A DNA stretch of 42,208 bases from NCBI GenBank assembly GCA_021808405.1, contig JAKBBQ010000002.1, positions 1-42,208 of the forward strand, written 5' to 3'. The notes beneath the pieces are model-generated. The model was given only the letters and a program-made list of their open reading frames with translations. It was not told the DNA's origin and searched no databases. Each line of letters opens with the position of its first letter. The first letter of the stretch is position 1. The translations under genes were made by a program, and so were the position numbers. Below are positions 29,519 through 42,208 of the stretch, one piece after another. This DNA comes from Pseudomonadota bacterium (GTDB lineage: Bacteria > Pseudomonadota > Gammaproteobacteria > Burkholderiales > Burkholderiaceae_C).

Positions 29519-30340
29519 TCAGGTCGACGCCGGCTGCGCGCTGTCGTTGCTGGCGGTCTGGGTGGACGAGCCCAGCGGGCGGCGCGGGGAGCTCGGCTGC
29601 GCGGCTGCGATGACCTGGCGCAGCCGCGCCTGCTCGGCCAGCACCTTGGAGGCATAGCCGCCGGAGCTGGCTCGCGAGGACGCGCCGACGTACATGCGCA
29701 GCCCGGCCTGCAGCGAGCCGCCGCGGTGGATCGCATTGCGCAGCACGATCGCGCCCACGCGCACGTTGGCCAGCGGATCCAGGCTCGCCTGCGGTCCGCC
29801 GTACGGAGCGAACTTGTCGCGATGCACGTCGGCCATCACTTGCATCAGCCCGGTCGCGCCGACCGCGCTCTGGGCGTAGGGATTGAACGAGGACTCCACC
29901 GCCATGACCGCCAGGATCAGCGTCGGATCGAGATGCTCGCTGCTCCCGGCCGCCCAGGCGCCGGCCACCAGCTCGCGCATGGCCAGCGGCGCGATGCTGT
30001 AGCGCCGCGACAGGTAGCTGGCGACCGCCATCTGCGCCGGGTCGAGCGCGGCCAACGGCGGCGGCTGCAGCGCCGCGGTGTCGTCGGGCGCCGACTGCAC
30101 GGGCGCCGCGCTGGCCACCTGACCGAGCGCCTGCAGCTGGCGCATCGCCGCCTTGCGGGCGGCGACCCATTGCACCACCCCATGTTCCAGCGACAACACC
30201 GACTGCGGGTTGATGTACAGATAGGTCCCCGCCGCGACGACGAAAAAACCCACCATCATCAAGGTGTAATGGGTCCATTGCAGGACCTCGGCACCGATGC
30301 TGCGCCAGCTCGGAAGCTGGATCTGCGTGTCTTGCGACAT
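29519..30340 (-). CDS. Lytic transglycosylase (SLT domain) with N-terminal TM anchor
   Basis: ILAVMAVESSFNPYAQS, GATGLMQV, NVRVGA, Y motifs; AGGAG RBS. Confidence 0.9.
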   Translation of the reverse strand: MSQDTQIQLPSWRSIGAEVLQWTHYTLMMVGFFVVAAGTYLYINPQSVLSLEHGVVQWVAARKAAMRQLQALGQVASAAPVQSAPDDTAALQPPPLAALDPAQMAVASYLSRRYSIAPLAMRELVAGAWAAGSSEHLDPTLILAVMAVESSFNPYAQSAVGATGLMQVMADVHRDKFAPYGGPQASLDPLANVRVGAIVLRNAIHRGGSLQAGLRMYVGASSRASSGGYASKVLAEQARLRQVIAAAQPSSPRRPLGSSTQTASNDSAQPAST

Positions 30341-30599
30341 CTTGCTCTCCTGTGTCGATCGGCCGGGGACCGGGCGGCGCCGCGAGGCGCCGCGAGTCCG
30401 CGGTTGGGCACAGATCCGGAACCTGCGCATCCCTGCGCGGGTACCTGGCCTACGATGCTGCAGGTACCCTGCCGCCGGCCTGGGCCGGGACGATTCCGGG
30501 GCGATTGGATCGCACGCGCCGCGCAACGGGGGGCTGCCAGCCCGCATCCCGCAGGACCCTGCACCGAGGAGCAGGGCGCGCCGACGCACGAACGTGGCC

Positions 30600-30664
30600 G
30601 CATTTTAAGGTCTGCTTATATCGTGTCAATTCATAAGCCTTTGAATTACCCAACTTATTGATCT
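30600..30664. promoter_or_regulatory. AT-rich divergent promoter region (slt/ubiD)
   Basis: Most AT-rich patch in the window; AATTCA-N8-TGAATT dyad at 30628-30647. Confidence 0.45.
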
Positions 30665-32215
30665 ATGCGATACCGTGATCTCAGGGATTTCCTGGAGTTG
30701 CTGAGGGCGCAGCAAGACCTGGTCGACGTGGCCCAGCCGGTCGACCCGCGCCTGGAAATGACCGCGGTGTGCGACGCCATGCTGCAGCGCGGCGGCCCGG
30801 CACTGCTGTTCCAGCAGCCCACCGGCCATGCGATTCCGGTGCTCGGCAACCTGTTCGGCACCACCCGCCGCGTGGCGCTGGCGATGGGCGCGAGCCAGCC
30901 GGGCGAGTTGCGGCGGGTCGGCGAGGTGCTGGCCGCGTTGCGCCAGCCCGAGCCGCCGCGCGGACTGGCCGATGCCGGCGAGTTGCTGCGACTGGCGCGC
31001 TCGGTGTGGACCATGCGGCCCAGCCGGGTGCGCCGCCCGCCCTGCCAGCAGCAGCAATGGCGCGGCGCCGAGGTCGACCTGAACCGACTGCCGCTGCAGA
31101 CCTGCTGGCCCGACGATGCCGCGCCGCTGCTGACCTGGGGACTGGTGGTCACCCGCGGCCCGCGCAAGACCAGGCAGAACCTGGGGATCTACCGCCAGCA
31201 GCGGATCGGCGCCCGGCAATTGATCATGCGCTGGCTGTCGCATCGCGGCGGCGCGCTGGACTTCCACGACCACGCGGCGATGCACCCCGGCCAGCCCTTC
31301 CCCATCGCGGTGGCGCTGGGGGCCGACCCGGCGACCATCCTGGGCGCGGTGACCCCGGTCCCCGACAGCCTGTCCGAATACCAGTTCGCCGGGCTGTTGC
31401 GGGGCTCGCCCAGCGAGGTGGCCGACTGCCTGAGCGTGGCGCTGCAGGTGCCGGCACAGGCCGAGATCGTCCTCGAAGGCCACATTCCGCCGGCAGACAA
31501 GGGTTTCAGCGGCCACAGCGAAACCGGCGTGCCGCTGAAGGAAGTCGGCGGCTGGCTGCACGCCCTCGAAGGCCCTTTCGGCGACCACACCGGGTACTAC
31601 AACGAGCAGGAGTGGTTCCCGGTCTTCGAGGTGCAGTGCCTCAGCCATCGCGAGCACCCGATCTACCACTCGACCTACACCGGCAAGCCGCCCGACGAAC
31701 CGGCGGTGCTCGGCGCCGCGCTGGGCGAAGTGTTCGTTCCGCTGCTGCGCCAGCAGTTTCCTGAAATCACCGACGTCCACCTGCCGGCCGAGGGATGTTC
31801 GTATCGCCTGGCGGTGGTGTCGATCCGCAAGCAGTACGCCGGCCATGGCAAGAGGGTGATGATGGGTCTGTGGAGCTTCCTGAGGCAGTTTCTCTACACC
31901 AAGTTCGTCATCGTCACCGACGACGACATCGACATCCGCAACTGGCGCGACGTCATCTGGGCGATGACCACCCGCATGGATCCGGTTCGCGACACCACGC
32001 TGATCGACCACACACCGATCGACTACCTGGATTTCGCATCCCCCGAACCCGGGCTCGGCGGCAAGATGGGAATGGACGCGACCCACAAATGGCCGGGCGA
32101 GACCCGCCGCGAGTGGGGGCGGGTGATCCAGCCCGATGCCCGCGCCAGCCAGCTCGCACAATCGCTGGTCGAACAGTTGTGGCCGGCGGGAAGGCCGGTC
32201 GGGCGAGCCTTGTAG
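30665..32215 (+). CDS. ubiD: 4-hydroxy-3-polyprenylbenzoate decarboxylase
   Basis: [62 protein letters not shown]. Confidence 0.96.
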   Translation: MRYRDLRDFLELLRAQQDLVDVAQPVDPRLEMTAVCDAMLQRGGPALLFQQPTGHAIPVLGNLFGTTRRVALAMGASQPGELRRVGEVLAALRQPEPPRGLADAGELLRLARSVWTMRPSRVRRPPCQQQQWRGAEVDLNRLPLQTCWPDDAAPLLTWGLVVTRGPRKTRQNLGIYRQQRIGARQLIMRWLSHRGGALDFHDHAAMHPGQPFPIAVALGADPATILGAVTPVPDSLSEYQFAGLLRGSPSEVADCLSVALQVPAQAEIVLEGHIPPADKGFSGHSETGVPLKEVGGWLHALEGPFGDHTGYYNEQEWFPVFEVQCLSHREHPIYHSTYTGKPPDEPAVLGAALGEVFVPLLRQQFPEITDVHLPAEGCSYRLAVVSIRKQYAGHGKRVMMGLWSFLRQFLYTKFVIVTDDDIDIRNWRDVIWAMTTRMDPVRDTTLIDHTPIDYLDFASPEPGLGGKMGMDATHKWPGETRREWGRVIQPDARASQLAQSLVEQLWPAGRPVGRAL

Positions 32216-32300
32216 CGCGGCTCGCGGCAGCCGACTCCGCCCGAGCAACCGGGTGTTACATCAACACCGCCCAAGCGGGTTTTCCCGATAATGCGCACCT

Positions 32301-35300
32301 ATGCCCCAGCTCGCCCGCCCCATTGTGCGCTGGTTGCTGCGTCTGGTCGCGGCGCTGGCGTTGTTGTTGCTGCTGCTGCTCGCCAGTTCGCCGTGGAGCG
32401 TGCCGGCGCTGCTCAGGCGCGAGCTGCCGCGGCTGGCGCAGCAGCAGATCGGGCGGGTGCTCAAGGTCGGCGCGATCGACTTCAACCCCCTGCTGCTGCG
32501 GCTGCGGCTGCATGACCTGGCGCTGCGGGACGCGTCCGGGCGCGCCGACGCGCTGCGGCTGGCGCAGGGCAGCGTGCGGCTGGGCTGGAGCAGCCTGTGG
32601 CAGCTGCACCCGCACCTGCTGTCGATCCGCCTGCAGGGCCTGCAGCTGCGCGTGGTGCGCGACGCCGCCGGGCAACTGGACTTCGAGGACATCCTGCGGC
32701 GGCTGCAGCGGCGGCCGCCCAGCCCGTCCGGCGCGACCCCCGTGTTCGCGGTGGACGAGCTGGAACTGCGCGACGGCAGCCTGAGCTATACCGACCTGGG
32801 CAGCGGGCTGCACAGCCGGCTGCGCAACCTGCACCTGGATCTGCACCATCTGTCGACCCTGGCGGGAGGCGCCGGCGCGCTGCAGGCCAGCGCCTCGGCG
32901 GTGCTCGACGGCGCGCCGCTGCGGCTGCAACTCGCCGGCACGGTGTTCGGGCCGCACCCGCTGCTGCGCGCGCAGTTGACCCTGCAGCGCCTGCCGCTGG
33001 CGCCCTGGAGCGCTCTGCAACCGGCGTCGCTGCCGGCGCGGCTCAGCGGCGGCTGGCTGAGCGCCAGCGTGCATCTGCAATGGGCACTGCGCGAAACAGC
33101 CGGACCGCAGCTCGGCGGCGAGGTGCGATTGCAGCAACTGCAACTGCAGCACGCAGCCCAGCCCCTGCTGGACGTGGCACGCATCGACGTGCCGGTGGAC
33201 TCGCTGCAGCCGCTGCAGCGCCGCCTGAGCCTGGGCGTGGTGCGCATCGACGGCGTGCGCGCGCGGCTCCAGCGCTCGATGCTGCAGGCCCTGGCCGCGC
33301 CGCAGCCCGCGGCGCCGGCGCGGCGGCAAACGACCGCCTCCGCCTCCGCCCCCGCTTTCGTCGCGGCAGCGACCCGGGCCGCGGCCTCGAGCGCCCCGCC
33401 CGCGCCAGCGACCGCCAGCCCCCCCGGAGCGGGCCGGGAACGAGCGGCGGCTGCAGCGACCTCGCCGGGCTGGCAGCTGCGCCTGGGCGGGTTGCGCATG
33501 CAAGACGCGCAGCTGCGCTGGCAGGACGCCACGGTCAGCCCGGCCGTCGATTGGGAACTGGGCATTCCCCGCTTGCAGGTGGGAGCCGCCGCGTGGCCGC
33601 TGGCGGGCGAGGTGCAGGCCAGCGCGACGCTGCAGGGGCCGCACGGCCTGCAACTGCGACTACAGGGCCATGCCAGCGCCGCGGGCGACGACGCGCAAGT
33701 CCAGCTGCAAGGACTCGACCCTCGCCTGGCCCGACCCTACGCCGCCGCGCTGCTGCACGGCGGGGCGCTTCCGACGGGTACGCTGGACGCGCGCCTGGAC
33801 CTGCGCTGGACCGCGCCGACGCTGCGCATCGACATCGCCGATGCGCAATGGCAGGGCTTCAGCTGGCAACCCGGCACAGCGGCCGCCGGCAGCGGACCGC
33901 GCGCCAGCCGCATCGTGCTGCGCCAGGCGCGCGTGGACTGGACCCGCTCGCAGCCACCGCGCATCAGCGTCGGCGAACTCGACGTGCAACAACCGGCCAG
34001 CGGACCGGGTTCGGGCGTGCGCGCGGCCGATGTGCAGCTGCAGCATGCCAGCATCGACCTGCAGTCCCATGTCGTGCAGCTGGGCATGCTGCAGGTGCTG
34101 CGCCCGCAGGCCTCGCTGGCGCGCGACTCCAGCGGGCGCTGGAGTTTCGCCCAGCTGCTGCCGGCCGGCCTGCTGGGCAAGGCCGCAGCGCCGGCCGTGC
34201 GGCCAGCCGCGCCAGCCGGGCCGGCGCGGGCGTCCGGCAAGCCGTGGAGCGTGGTGCTCGACCATGCCCAGGTGCGCGGCGGCAGCGCCTACCTGTCGGA
34301 CACCTACCCGGCGCAGCCGGTGGTGCTGGCGTTCAGCGGGATCGACGCCGATCTGCGCCACGCGCAATGGCCGATGCGCGGCGCGGCGGCCTTCAGCCTG
34401 CAGGCGCGCATCCGCGATGCCCGCCAGGCGCCCGCGGCCCAGGGCCGCGCCCCGACGGGCGGCCTGTTGCGCCTGCAAGGACAACTGCAGGCCGCGCCCT
34501 GGCGGGTGCGCGCCACGCTGCATGCGCAGGCGCTGCCGGCGCAGGTGGTGGCCAACTACCTGCCGCCGGTCAACGCCCGGCTGCTGCGCGCCAGCGCCAG
34601 CGCCGACGGCCAGCTCGACCTGGGCCTGACCAAGGGCGGGCCGGCGGTGTCTTTTGCCGGCACGGTGGGCCTGGGCGACGTCGCGGTCGACACGGTCCAT
34701 CCCGACTCCAGCCTGTTCGGCTGGCGCTCGCTGCAACTGCAGCAGCTGCGGCTGCGCATGCGACCGCAGGCCACCCCGGCGACCCGACTGGACATCGGCC
34801 AGGTCGTGCTGCACGACTTCCATGCCCGGCTGGCGCTGAGCCGCCAGGCGCGACTCAACGTCGCGGAAATCCTTCACCCGGGCGCGGCCGCGCCGGCGCC
34901 TGGCGGCTCGACGCCGGGCACCGCCGCCGCGCCGCCGTCACGCCGCGCCGGCGGCAAACCCGGCGGCATGCAGGTGCGCATCGGCGGCATCACGCTGGAC
35001 GGCGGACGCATCGACTGGAGCGACCATTTCGTGCAGCCGAACTACTCGGCCAGCCTCACCAAGGTGCAGGGGCACATCGGCGGCTTTGCCTCCGACTCCC
35101 CGCGCCAGGCCGAGGTCGACCTGCGGGGCATCGCCGAGGGCACCGCGCCGGTGGCCGTCGCGGGCAAGGTCAACCCGCTGCTGAGCCCGCCCCAGCTCAA
35201 CCTGCACGGGCGCGTCGACGACCTGCAGCTCGCGCCGTTGACCCCCTATTCGGTGCACTACGCCGGCTATGGCATCGAGCGCGGCCTGCTGTCGATGGAC

Positions 35301-36170
35301 GTGCACTACGACATCGACCCCGGCGGCCGGCTGCAGGCCGACAACCGGCTGATCCTGCGGCAACTGACCTTCGGCCCGCAAGTGCCCAGCCCGAGCGCGA
35401 CCAAGCTGCCGGTGCTGCTGGCGGTGTCGCTGCTCAAGGACCGCAACGGCAACATCCACCTGGACATCCCGATCTCCGGCTCGCTGCGCGACCCGGAGTT
35501 CAACCTGGGCTCGGTGATCGCCGAGGCGGTCGGCAAGCTGCTGTTGCGCGCGGTGACGGCCCCGTTCTCGCTGATGGCCCATGTGTTCCAGGGCAAGGCC
35601 CCGCCGCCGCGGCTCAACGTGGTCGACTTCCCGGCCGGCTCGGCGCGCCTGCAAGCCGCCGAGCGGCCGAAGCTGGCCGACATCGCCACCTTGCTCAAGG
35701 CCAAGCCGCAGCTGGTGGTGACCATCACCGGCCAGGTGTGCGGCGCCAGCGAGGCGCTGGCGTATCGCCAGCAGGTGCTGGAGCGCCGCCTGCTCGCCCA
35801 GTGGAAGAGCAACGCGCCGCGCGCCGAGCTCTACGCCCATGCGAAGGCGACGCAAGTCCCGGCCTCGGCGCGCGAACAGGCGCTGGCGGCGCTGTACCGC
35901 AGCACCGCGCTGCCGGACAAGCCGCACGACGTGCTGGGGCTGGCGCGCAGCGTCCCGGGGGCCACGATGGAGCGCCTGCTGCTGCAGTCCATCCCCGACG
36001 GCAACAGCTATCTGCAGGCGCTGGCGATGCGGCGCGCGGTGGCGCTGCGCGACGCGCTGAACGATCTGGGCGTGCCGGCGCTGCGCCAGTTCATCGCCGC
36101 GCCGCTGCTGCTCGACGCCTCCCACAAGGACTGCCAGCCCAGCGCGCGGCTGAGCGTCAGCCTGCCCTGA
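32301..36170 (+). CDS. DUF748 (AsmA-like) large periplasm-spanning protein with C-terminal OmpA-like segment
   Basis: N-terminal TM anchor, repeated beta-rich segments, C-terminal LPVLLAVSLLKDRNGNIHLDIPISGSL..PEF and FPAGSARL. Confidence 0.85.
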   Translation: MPQLARPIVRWLLRLVAALALLLLLLLASSPWSVPALLRRELPRLAQQQIGRVLKVGAIDFNPLLLRLRLHDLALRDASGRADALRLAQGSVRLGWSSLWQLHPHLLSIRLQGLQLRVVRDAAGQLDFEDILRRLQRRPPSPSGATPVFAVDELELRDGSLSYTDLGSGLHSRLRNLHLDLHHLSTLAGGAGALQASASAVLDGAPLRLQLAGTVFGPHPLLRAQLTLQRLPLAPWSALQPASLPARLSGGWLSASVHLQWALRETAGPQLGGEVRLQQLQLQHAAQPLLDVARIDVPVDSLQPLQRRLSLGVVRIDGVRARLQRSMLQALAAPQPAAPARRQTTASASAPAFVAAATRAAASSAPPAPATASPPGAGRERAAAAATSPGWQLRLGGLRMQDAQLRWQDATVSPAVDWELGIPRLQVGAAAWPLAGEVQASATLQGPHGLQLRLQGHASAAGDDAQVQLQGLDPRLARPYAAALLHGGALPTGTLDARLDLRWTAPTLRIDIADAQWQGFSWQPGTAAAGSGPRASRIVLRQARVDWTRSQPPRISVGELDVQQPASGPGSGVRAADVQLQHASIDLQSHVVQLGMLQVLRPQASLARDSSGRWSFAQLLPAGLLGKAAAPAVRPAAPAGPARASGKPWSVVLDHAQVRGGSAYLSDTYPAQPVVLAFSGIDADLRHAQWPMRGAAAFSLQARIRDARQAPAAQGRAPTGGLLRLQGQLQAAPWRVRATLHAQALPAQVVANYLPPVNARLLRASASADGQLDLGLTKGGPAVSFAGTVGLGDVAVDTVHPDSSLFGWRSLQLQQLRLRMRPQATPATRLDIGQVVLHDFHARLALSRQARLNVAEILHPGAAAPAPGGSTPGTAAAPPSRRAGGKPGGMQVRIGGITLDGGRIDWSDHFVQPNYSASLTKVQGHIGGFASDSPRQAEVDLRGIAEGTAPVAVAGKVNPLLSPPQLNLHGRVDDLQLAPLTPYSVHYAGYGIERGLLSMDVHYDIDPGGRLQADNRLILRQLTFGPQVPSPSATKLPVLLAVSLLKDRNGNIHLDIPISGSLRDPEFNLGSVIAEAVGKLLLRAVTAPFSLMAHVFQGKAPPPRLNVVDFPAGSARLQAAERPKLADIATLLKAKPQLVVTITGQVCGASEALAYRQQVLERRLLAQWKSNAPRAELYAHAKATQVPASAREQALAALYRSTALPDKPHDVLGLARSVPGATMERLLLQSIPDGNSYLQALAMRRAVALRDALNDLGVPALRQFIAAPLLLDASHKDCQPSARLSVSLP

Positions 36171-36257
36171 GCAAGCGAAGCGGGGGCGTTCGGGGGGCCG
36201 GTCTTTGCGCGGGAGCAAGTCCCGGGGAAATCCCCAGCCCGCGTGGCCGATGGCCTC

Positions 36258-36286
36258 TTGACTCCGCACGGCCGCAGATCTAGATT
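36258..36286 (+). promoter_or_regulatory. Sigma70-type promoter
   Basis: TTGACT (36258-63), 17-nt spacer, TAGATT (36281-86); +1 about 36292-36293. Confidence 0.65.
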
Positions 36287-36291
36287 GGAGC

Positions 36292-36451
36292 CGTCGCGGA
36301 GGTGCAGCCACCGCGGCGTACGGCCCGGGTCTAGCTCGGGCCAGGCAAGCCAAGCCCGGCACTCGGTGCCGGGTGCGATACCCGGCAGCAAACCCGGGCA
36401 TCGCGGTGAACCAGGCCGCGTCGCCTTCGATGGCGCGCGGCCTTCCTGTTT
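36292..36451 (+). ncRNA. Candidate structured RNA (sRNA or msrA leader), five consecutive hairpins
   Basis: Stems 36292-99/36311-18, 36322-29/36335-42, 36355-62/36366-73, 36375-85/36394-404 and 36413-25/36432-43, followed by TCCTGTTT. Confidence 0.4.
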
Positions 36452-36510
36452 GATGGGCCGGCCCAGCGCATCGATGCTGCACGCTGCGCCGCCGCCAGGA
36501 GTTCGACGCC

Positions 36511-37086
36511 ATGCATGCCGAAGACCCGATCGACACGGCTCCGATGCTCGAAACCATCACGTTGGCCGGGGGCTGCTTCTGGTGCGTGGAGGCCGCGATG
36601 CTGGCGCTCGACGGCGTGCTCGAGGCCACCAGCGGCTACGCGCAGGGCCATGTCGAGCAGCCGAGCTACGAGCAGGTGTGCGGCGGCCGCACCGGGCACG
36701 CCGAGGCGGTGCGGGTGCGATTCGATCCGAGCCGGCTCAGCCTGCGACGGCTGCTCGACGTGTTCTTCACCATCCACGACCCGACGACCCTGAACCGCCA
36801 AGGCGCCGACGTGGGCCCGCAGTACCGCTCGGGCATCTACTTCGAGCAGCCGCAGCACCAGGCGGCGGCGCTCGAGTACCTGCAGGGGCTGCGGCGCGAA
36901 GGCGTCTACGGCTCGCAGCCGATCGTCACCGAGGTCGAGCCCCTGAGGGTGTTCTGGCCCGCCGAGCCGTACCACCAGCGCTATTTCGAACAGCACCCCG
37001 AACAAGGCTACTGCCAGGTGGTGATCGCCCCGAAGATGGCCAAGCTGCGTCGGAACTTCGCCGGACAGTTGGCGCAACAGGCCTGA
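36511..37086 (+). CDS. msrA: Peptide-methionine (S)-S-oxide reductase
   Basis: GGCFWCVEA, PSYEQVC, TGHAE, HDPTTLNRQGADVGPQYRSGI, AEPYHQRY, GYC; start 36511 or 36544. Confidence 0.96.
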   Translation: MHAEDPIDTAPMLETITLAGGCFWCVEAAMLALDGVLEATSGYAQGHVEQPSYEQVCGGRTGHAEAVRVRFDPSRLSLRRLLDVFFTIHDPTTLNRQGADVGPQYRSGIYFEQPQHQAAALEYLQGLRREGVYGSQPIVTEVEPLRVFWPAEPYHQRYFEQHPEQGYCQVVIAPKMAKLRRNFAGQLAQQA

Positions 37087-37268
37087 GCCGGCCGGCACCG
37101 CCGGCGCAGCGCACTCCGAAGGTGTGAATGGATCGGCCGTGCCCGAGCGGCTGACCAGGGGCGTTCCCATCCAGGCGCCACGCGCGGTCGCAACACCCGC
37201 TACGACGAGCCTTCGCGACGCCGACGGGGGCGGCTGGTCGAGCGGACAGGGTGGATGCGTTCACCCCT

Positions 37269-37871
37269 TCAGGCCAGGTCGGCGACCCAGCCCCGCAGCT
37301 GGCTGCGCGACGGCACCCCGATGAACATCCGCGCCTGGCCGCCACGCGTCTTCCAAGCCATCACGGGCACCCCGAACAGCCGCTGGCCGCGATAGATCTC
37401 CAGGTTGCGCTGCAACAGCCGGCGCGTCGCCGGCTCGATGGTCCGCGCCGGCTCGATGCCCCCTCCGGGCTGCCCGTTGGCGGCGAAATCGTAGTCGCGT
37501 TCGTTGGTCTCGAAAGCCTTCAGGCGATCGGGGGCCTGCAGGATCGCCGCGGCCTTGGGCAGGCTGCTGGCGGTGAGCATGCCCAGCACCACCCAGTGCA
37601 CCTGCAGGTCGCCGCCGGCCACCAGCGGCTGCAAGGCCAGGTACAGGTGGTGGCAGTAGGGGCAATTGGGATCGAAGAACACGTACAGGCTGTGGCGGCC
37701 GCCGCCTTGCCGGATGGTGGTCGCGCCGGCCAGCGCGGCCAGCAGCGAGGCGGCGCGCGACGAGGACTGCGCTCGTGCCGCCTCGGCCAGCGGCAAGGCC
37801 AGGCCGCCCGCGAGCAGCGAGCGCAACCAGGCACGTCGGCTGATGGCAGGATGCCGGCTGGGCCAGATCAT
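37269..37871 (-). CDS. DsbC/DsbG-like thioredoxin-fold protein with Tat-like signal
   Basis: SRRAWL twin-arginine signal; YVFFDPNCPYCHHLY; FGVP cis-Pro loop. Confidence 0.8.
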   Translation of the reverse strand: MIWPSRHPAISRRAWLRSLLAGGLALPLAEAARAQSSSRAASLLAALAGATTIRQGGGRHSLYVFFDPNCPYCHHLYLALQPLVAGGDLQVHWVVLGMLTASSLPKAAAILQAPDRLKAFETNERDYDFAANGQPGGGIEPARTIEPATRRLLQRNLEIYRGQRLFGVPVMAWKTRGGQARMFIGVPSRSQLRGWVADLA

Positions 37872-37962
37872 CGACGAATCTCCGTTCAGGTCGCTACCGC
37901 GCATTGTGGCATCGCCCGCGAGTTCGCGCAGCCTGGGACCGCGCCGCGCGGCGGCCGGGCGT

Positions 37963-38601
37963 TCAGGGAGCCAGCCGCTGGCGCGTCCATCCCCGCTGGG
38001 CGTCGAGCCGATAGGCCAGGCGGTCGTGCAGCCGCGACCGCCTGCCCTGCCAGAACTCCCAGGCCTCGGGCAGCAGCCGGTAGCCTCCCCAATGCGGCGG
38101 GCGCGGCGGGTGCAGGCCGAAACGCGCGCCGAAGGACGCCGCGCGCTGGACCAGCACCCCGCGGTCGGCGATCGGCTGGCTTTGCTCGGAGGCCCATGCG
38201 CCGATGCGCGAGGCCAGCGGGCGGCTGGCGAAGTAGGCGTCCGACTCCTCGGCCGCCGTCTGCTCGACGCGGCCCTCGATGCGCACCACCCTCTCGAGCT
38301 CGACCCAGTGGAACTGCAAGGCGGCGAACGGGTGCTGCTGCAGTTCACGCCCCTTGCGGCTCTGGTAGTTGGTGTACCAGACGATCCCCCGCGCATCCAC
38401 CGCCTTGACCAGCACCACCCGGGTCGACGGCCTGCCGTCGGCCCCGACGGTGGCCAGGGTCATCGCGTTGGGCTCGGCCAGCCGCGCCCGCACGGCCTCG
38501 TCCAGCCAGCGCTCGAACTGCCTGAGCGGGTCGGGGTCGGCGTGCGCCTCGTCGAGTTGGGCGCGGCTGTAGTCCTTGCGCAGTGCGGCCAGTTCGTCCA
38601 T
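37963..38601 (-). CDS. pdxH: Pyridoxine/pyridoxamine 5'-phosphate oxidase
   Basis: [52 protein letters not shown]. Confidence 0.97.
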   Translation of the reverse strand: MDELAALRKDYSRAQLDEAHADPDPLRQFERWLDEAVRARLAEPNAMTLATVGADGRPSTRVVLVKAVDARGIVWYTNYQSRKGRELQQHPFAALQFHWVELERVVRIEGRVEQTAAEESDAYFASRPLASRIGAWASEQSQPIADRGVLVQRAASFGARFGLHPPRPPHWGGYRLLPEAWEFWQGRRSRLHDRLAYRLDAQRGWTRQRLAP

Positions 38602-38637
38602 CGCTCGTGGTGTCGGCAGGGTCCGCGGGCCGGTCGC

Positions 38638-40125
<1,488 letters not shown>

Positions 40126-40175
40126 ATCGTTTCCTTGTTCGCTGGCGGGCCGGCGCGCCGCCGGCCCGGCTCGTG

Positions 40176-42208
<2,033 letters not shown>

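Noticed and set aside
31480-31570. Insertion in UbiD before EGPFGDH
   Set aside because: Short in-frame loop with catalytic motifs intact; looks like a lineage-specific loop, not an intein.
22115-36283. Very long alternative-frame ORFs (22115-25384, 22980-25868, 27083-30661, 32597-36283, also 109-2412, 239-2350, 37666-40524)
   Set aside because: Arg/Ala/Pro/Gly-rich shadow frames of real genes, expected at high GC; no family motifs.

Overview
A very GC-rich (about 70% or more by eye) bacterial chromosomal segment, most consistent with a Burkholderiales-type betaproteobacterium (inferred from GTP-dependent pckG, the slt/ubiD/glyA arrangement and a ZTP riboswitch on glyA). It holds about 37 protein genes. 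The right half is mostly housekeeping (pckG, galE, glyA, slt, ubiD, msrA, pdxH, gltD, partial gltB). The left half is more accessory: an orphan ATP-grasp ligase, ggt, a short-chain CHR pair, a CoA-transferase/crotonase/IclR unit, a Gly-rich Spy-like protein, pbpG, two GSTs, MFS-aminotransferase-YbaK, a triple-domain QueD-like protein and c-di-GMP proteins. There is one tRNA-Lys(CTT) and one ZMP/ZTP riboswitch. No mobile element or CRISPR array was seen. The strongest unexplained signals are non-coding: a candidate ~50-nt sRNA at 1982-2031 with an FNR-type box at -41.5, a CUCCUC anti-Shine-Dalgarno loop and its own terminator, and a ~160-nt five-hairpin RNA behind a near-consensus sigma70 promoter upstream of msrA. 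Protein-level oddities include a single-chain pseudo-trimeric QueD with one intact active-site motif, an in-frame DUF1289/esterase fusion, a doubly degenerate globin-GGDEF protein behind a CRP-type box, and a crotonase lacking the canonical catalytic glutamates. All calls are by eye; no database search was run.
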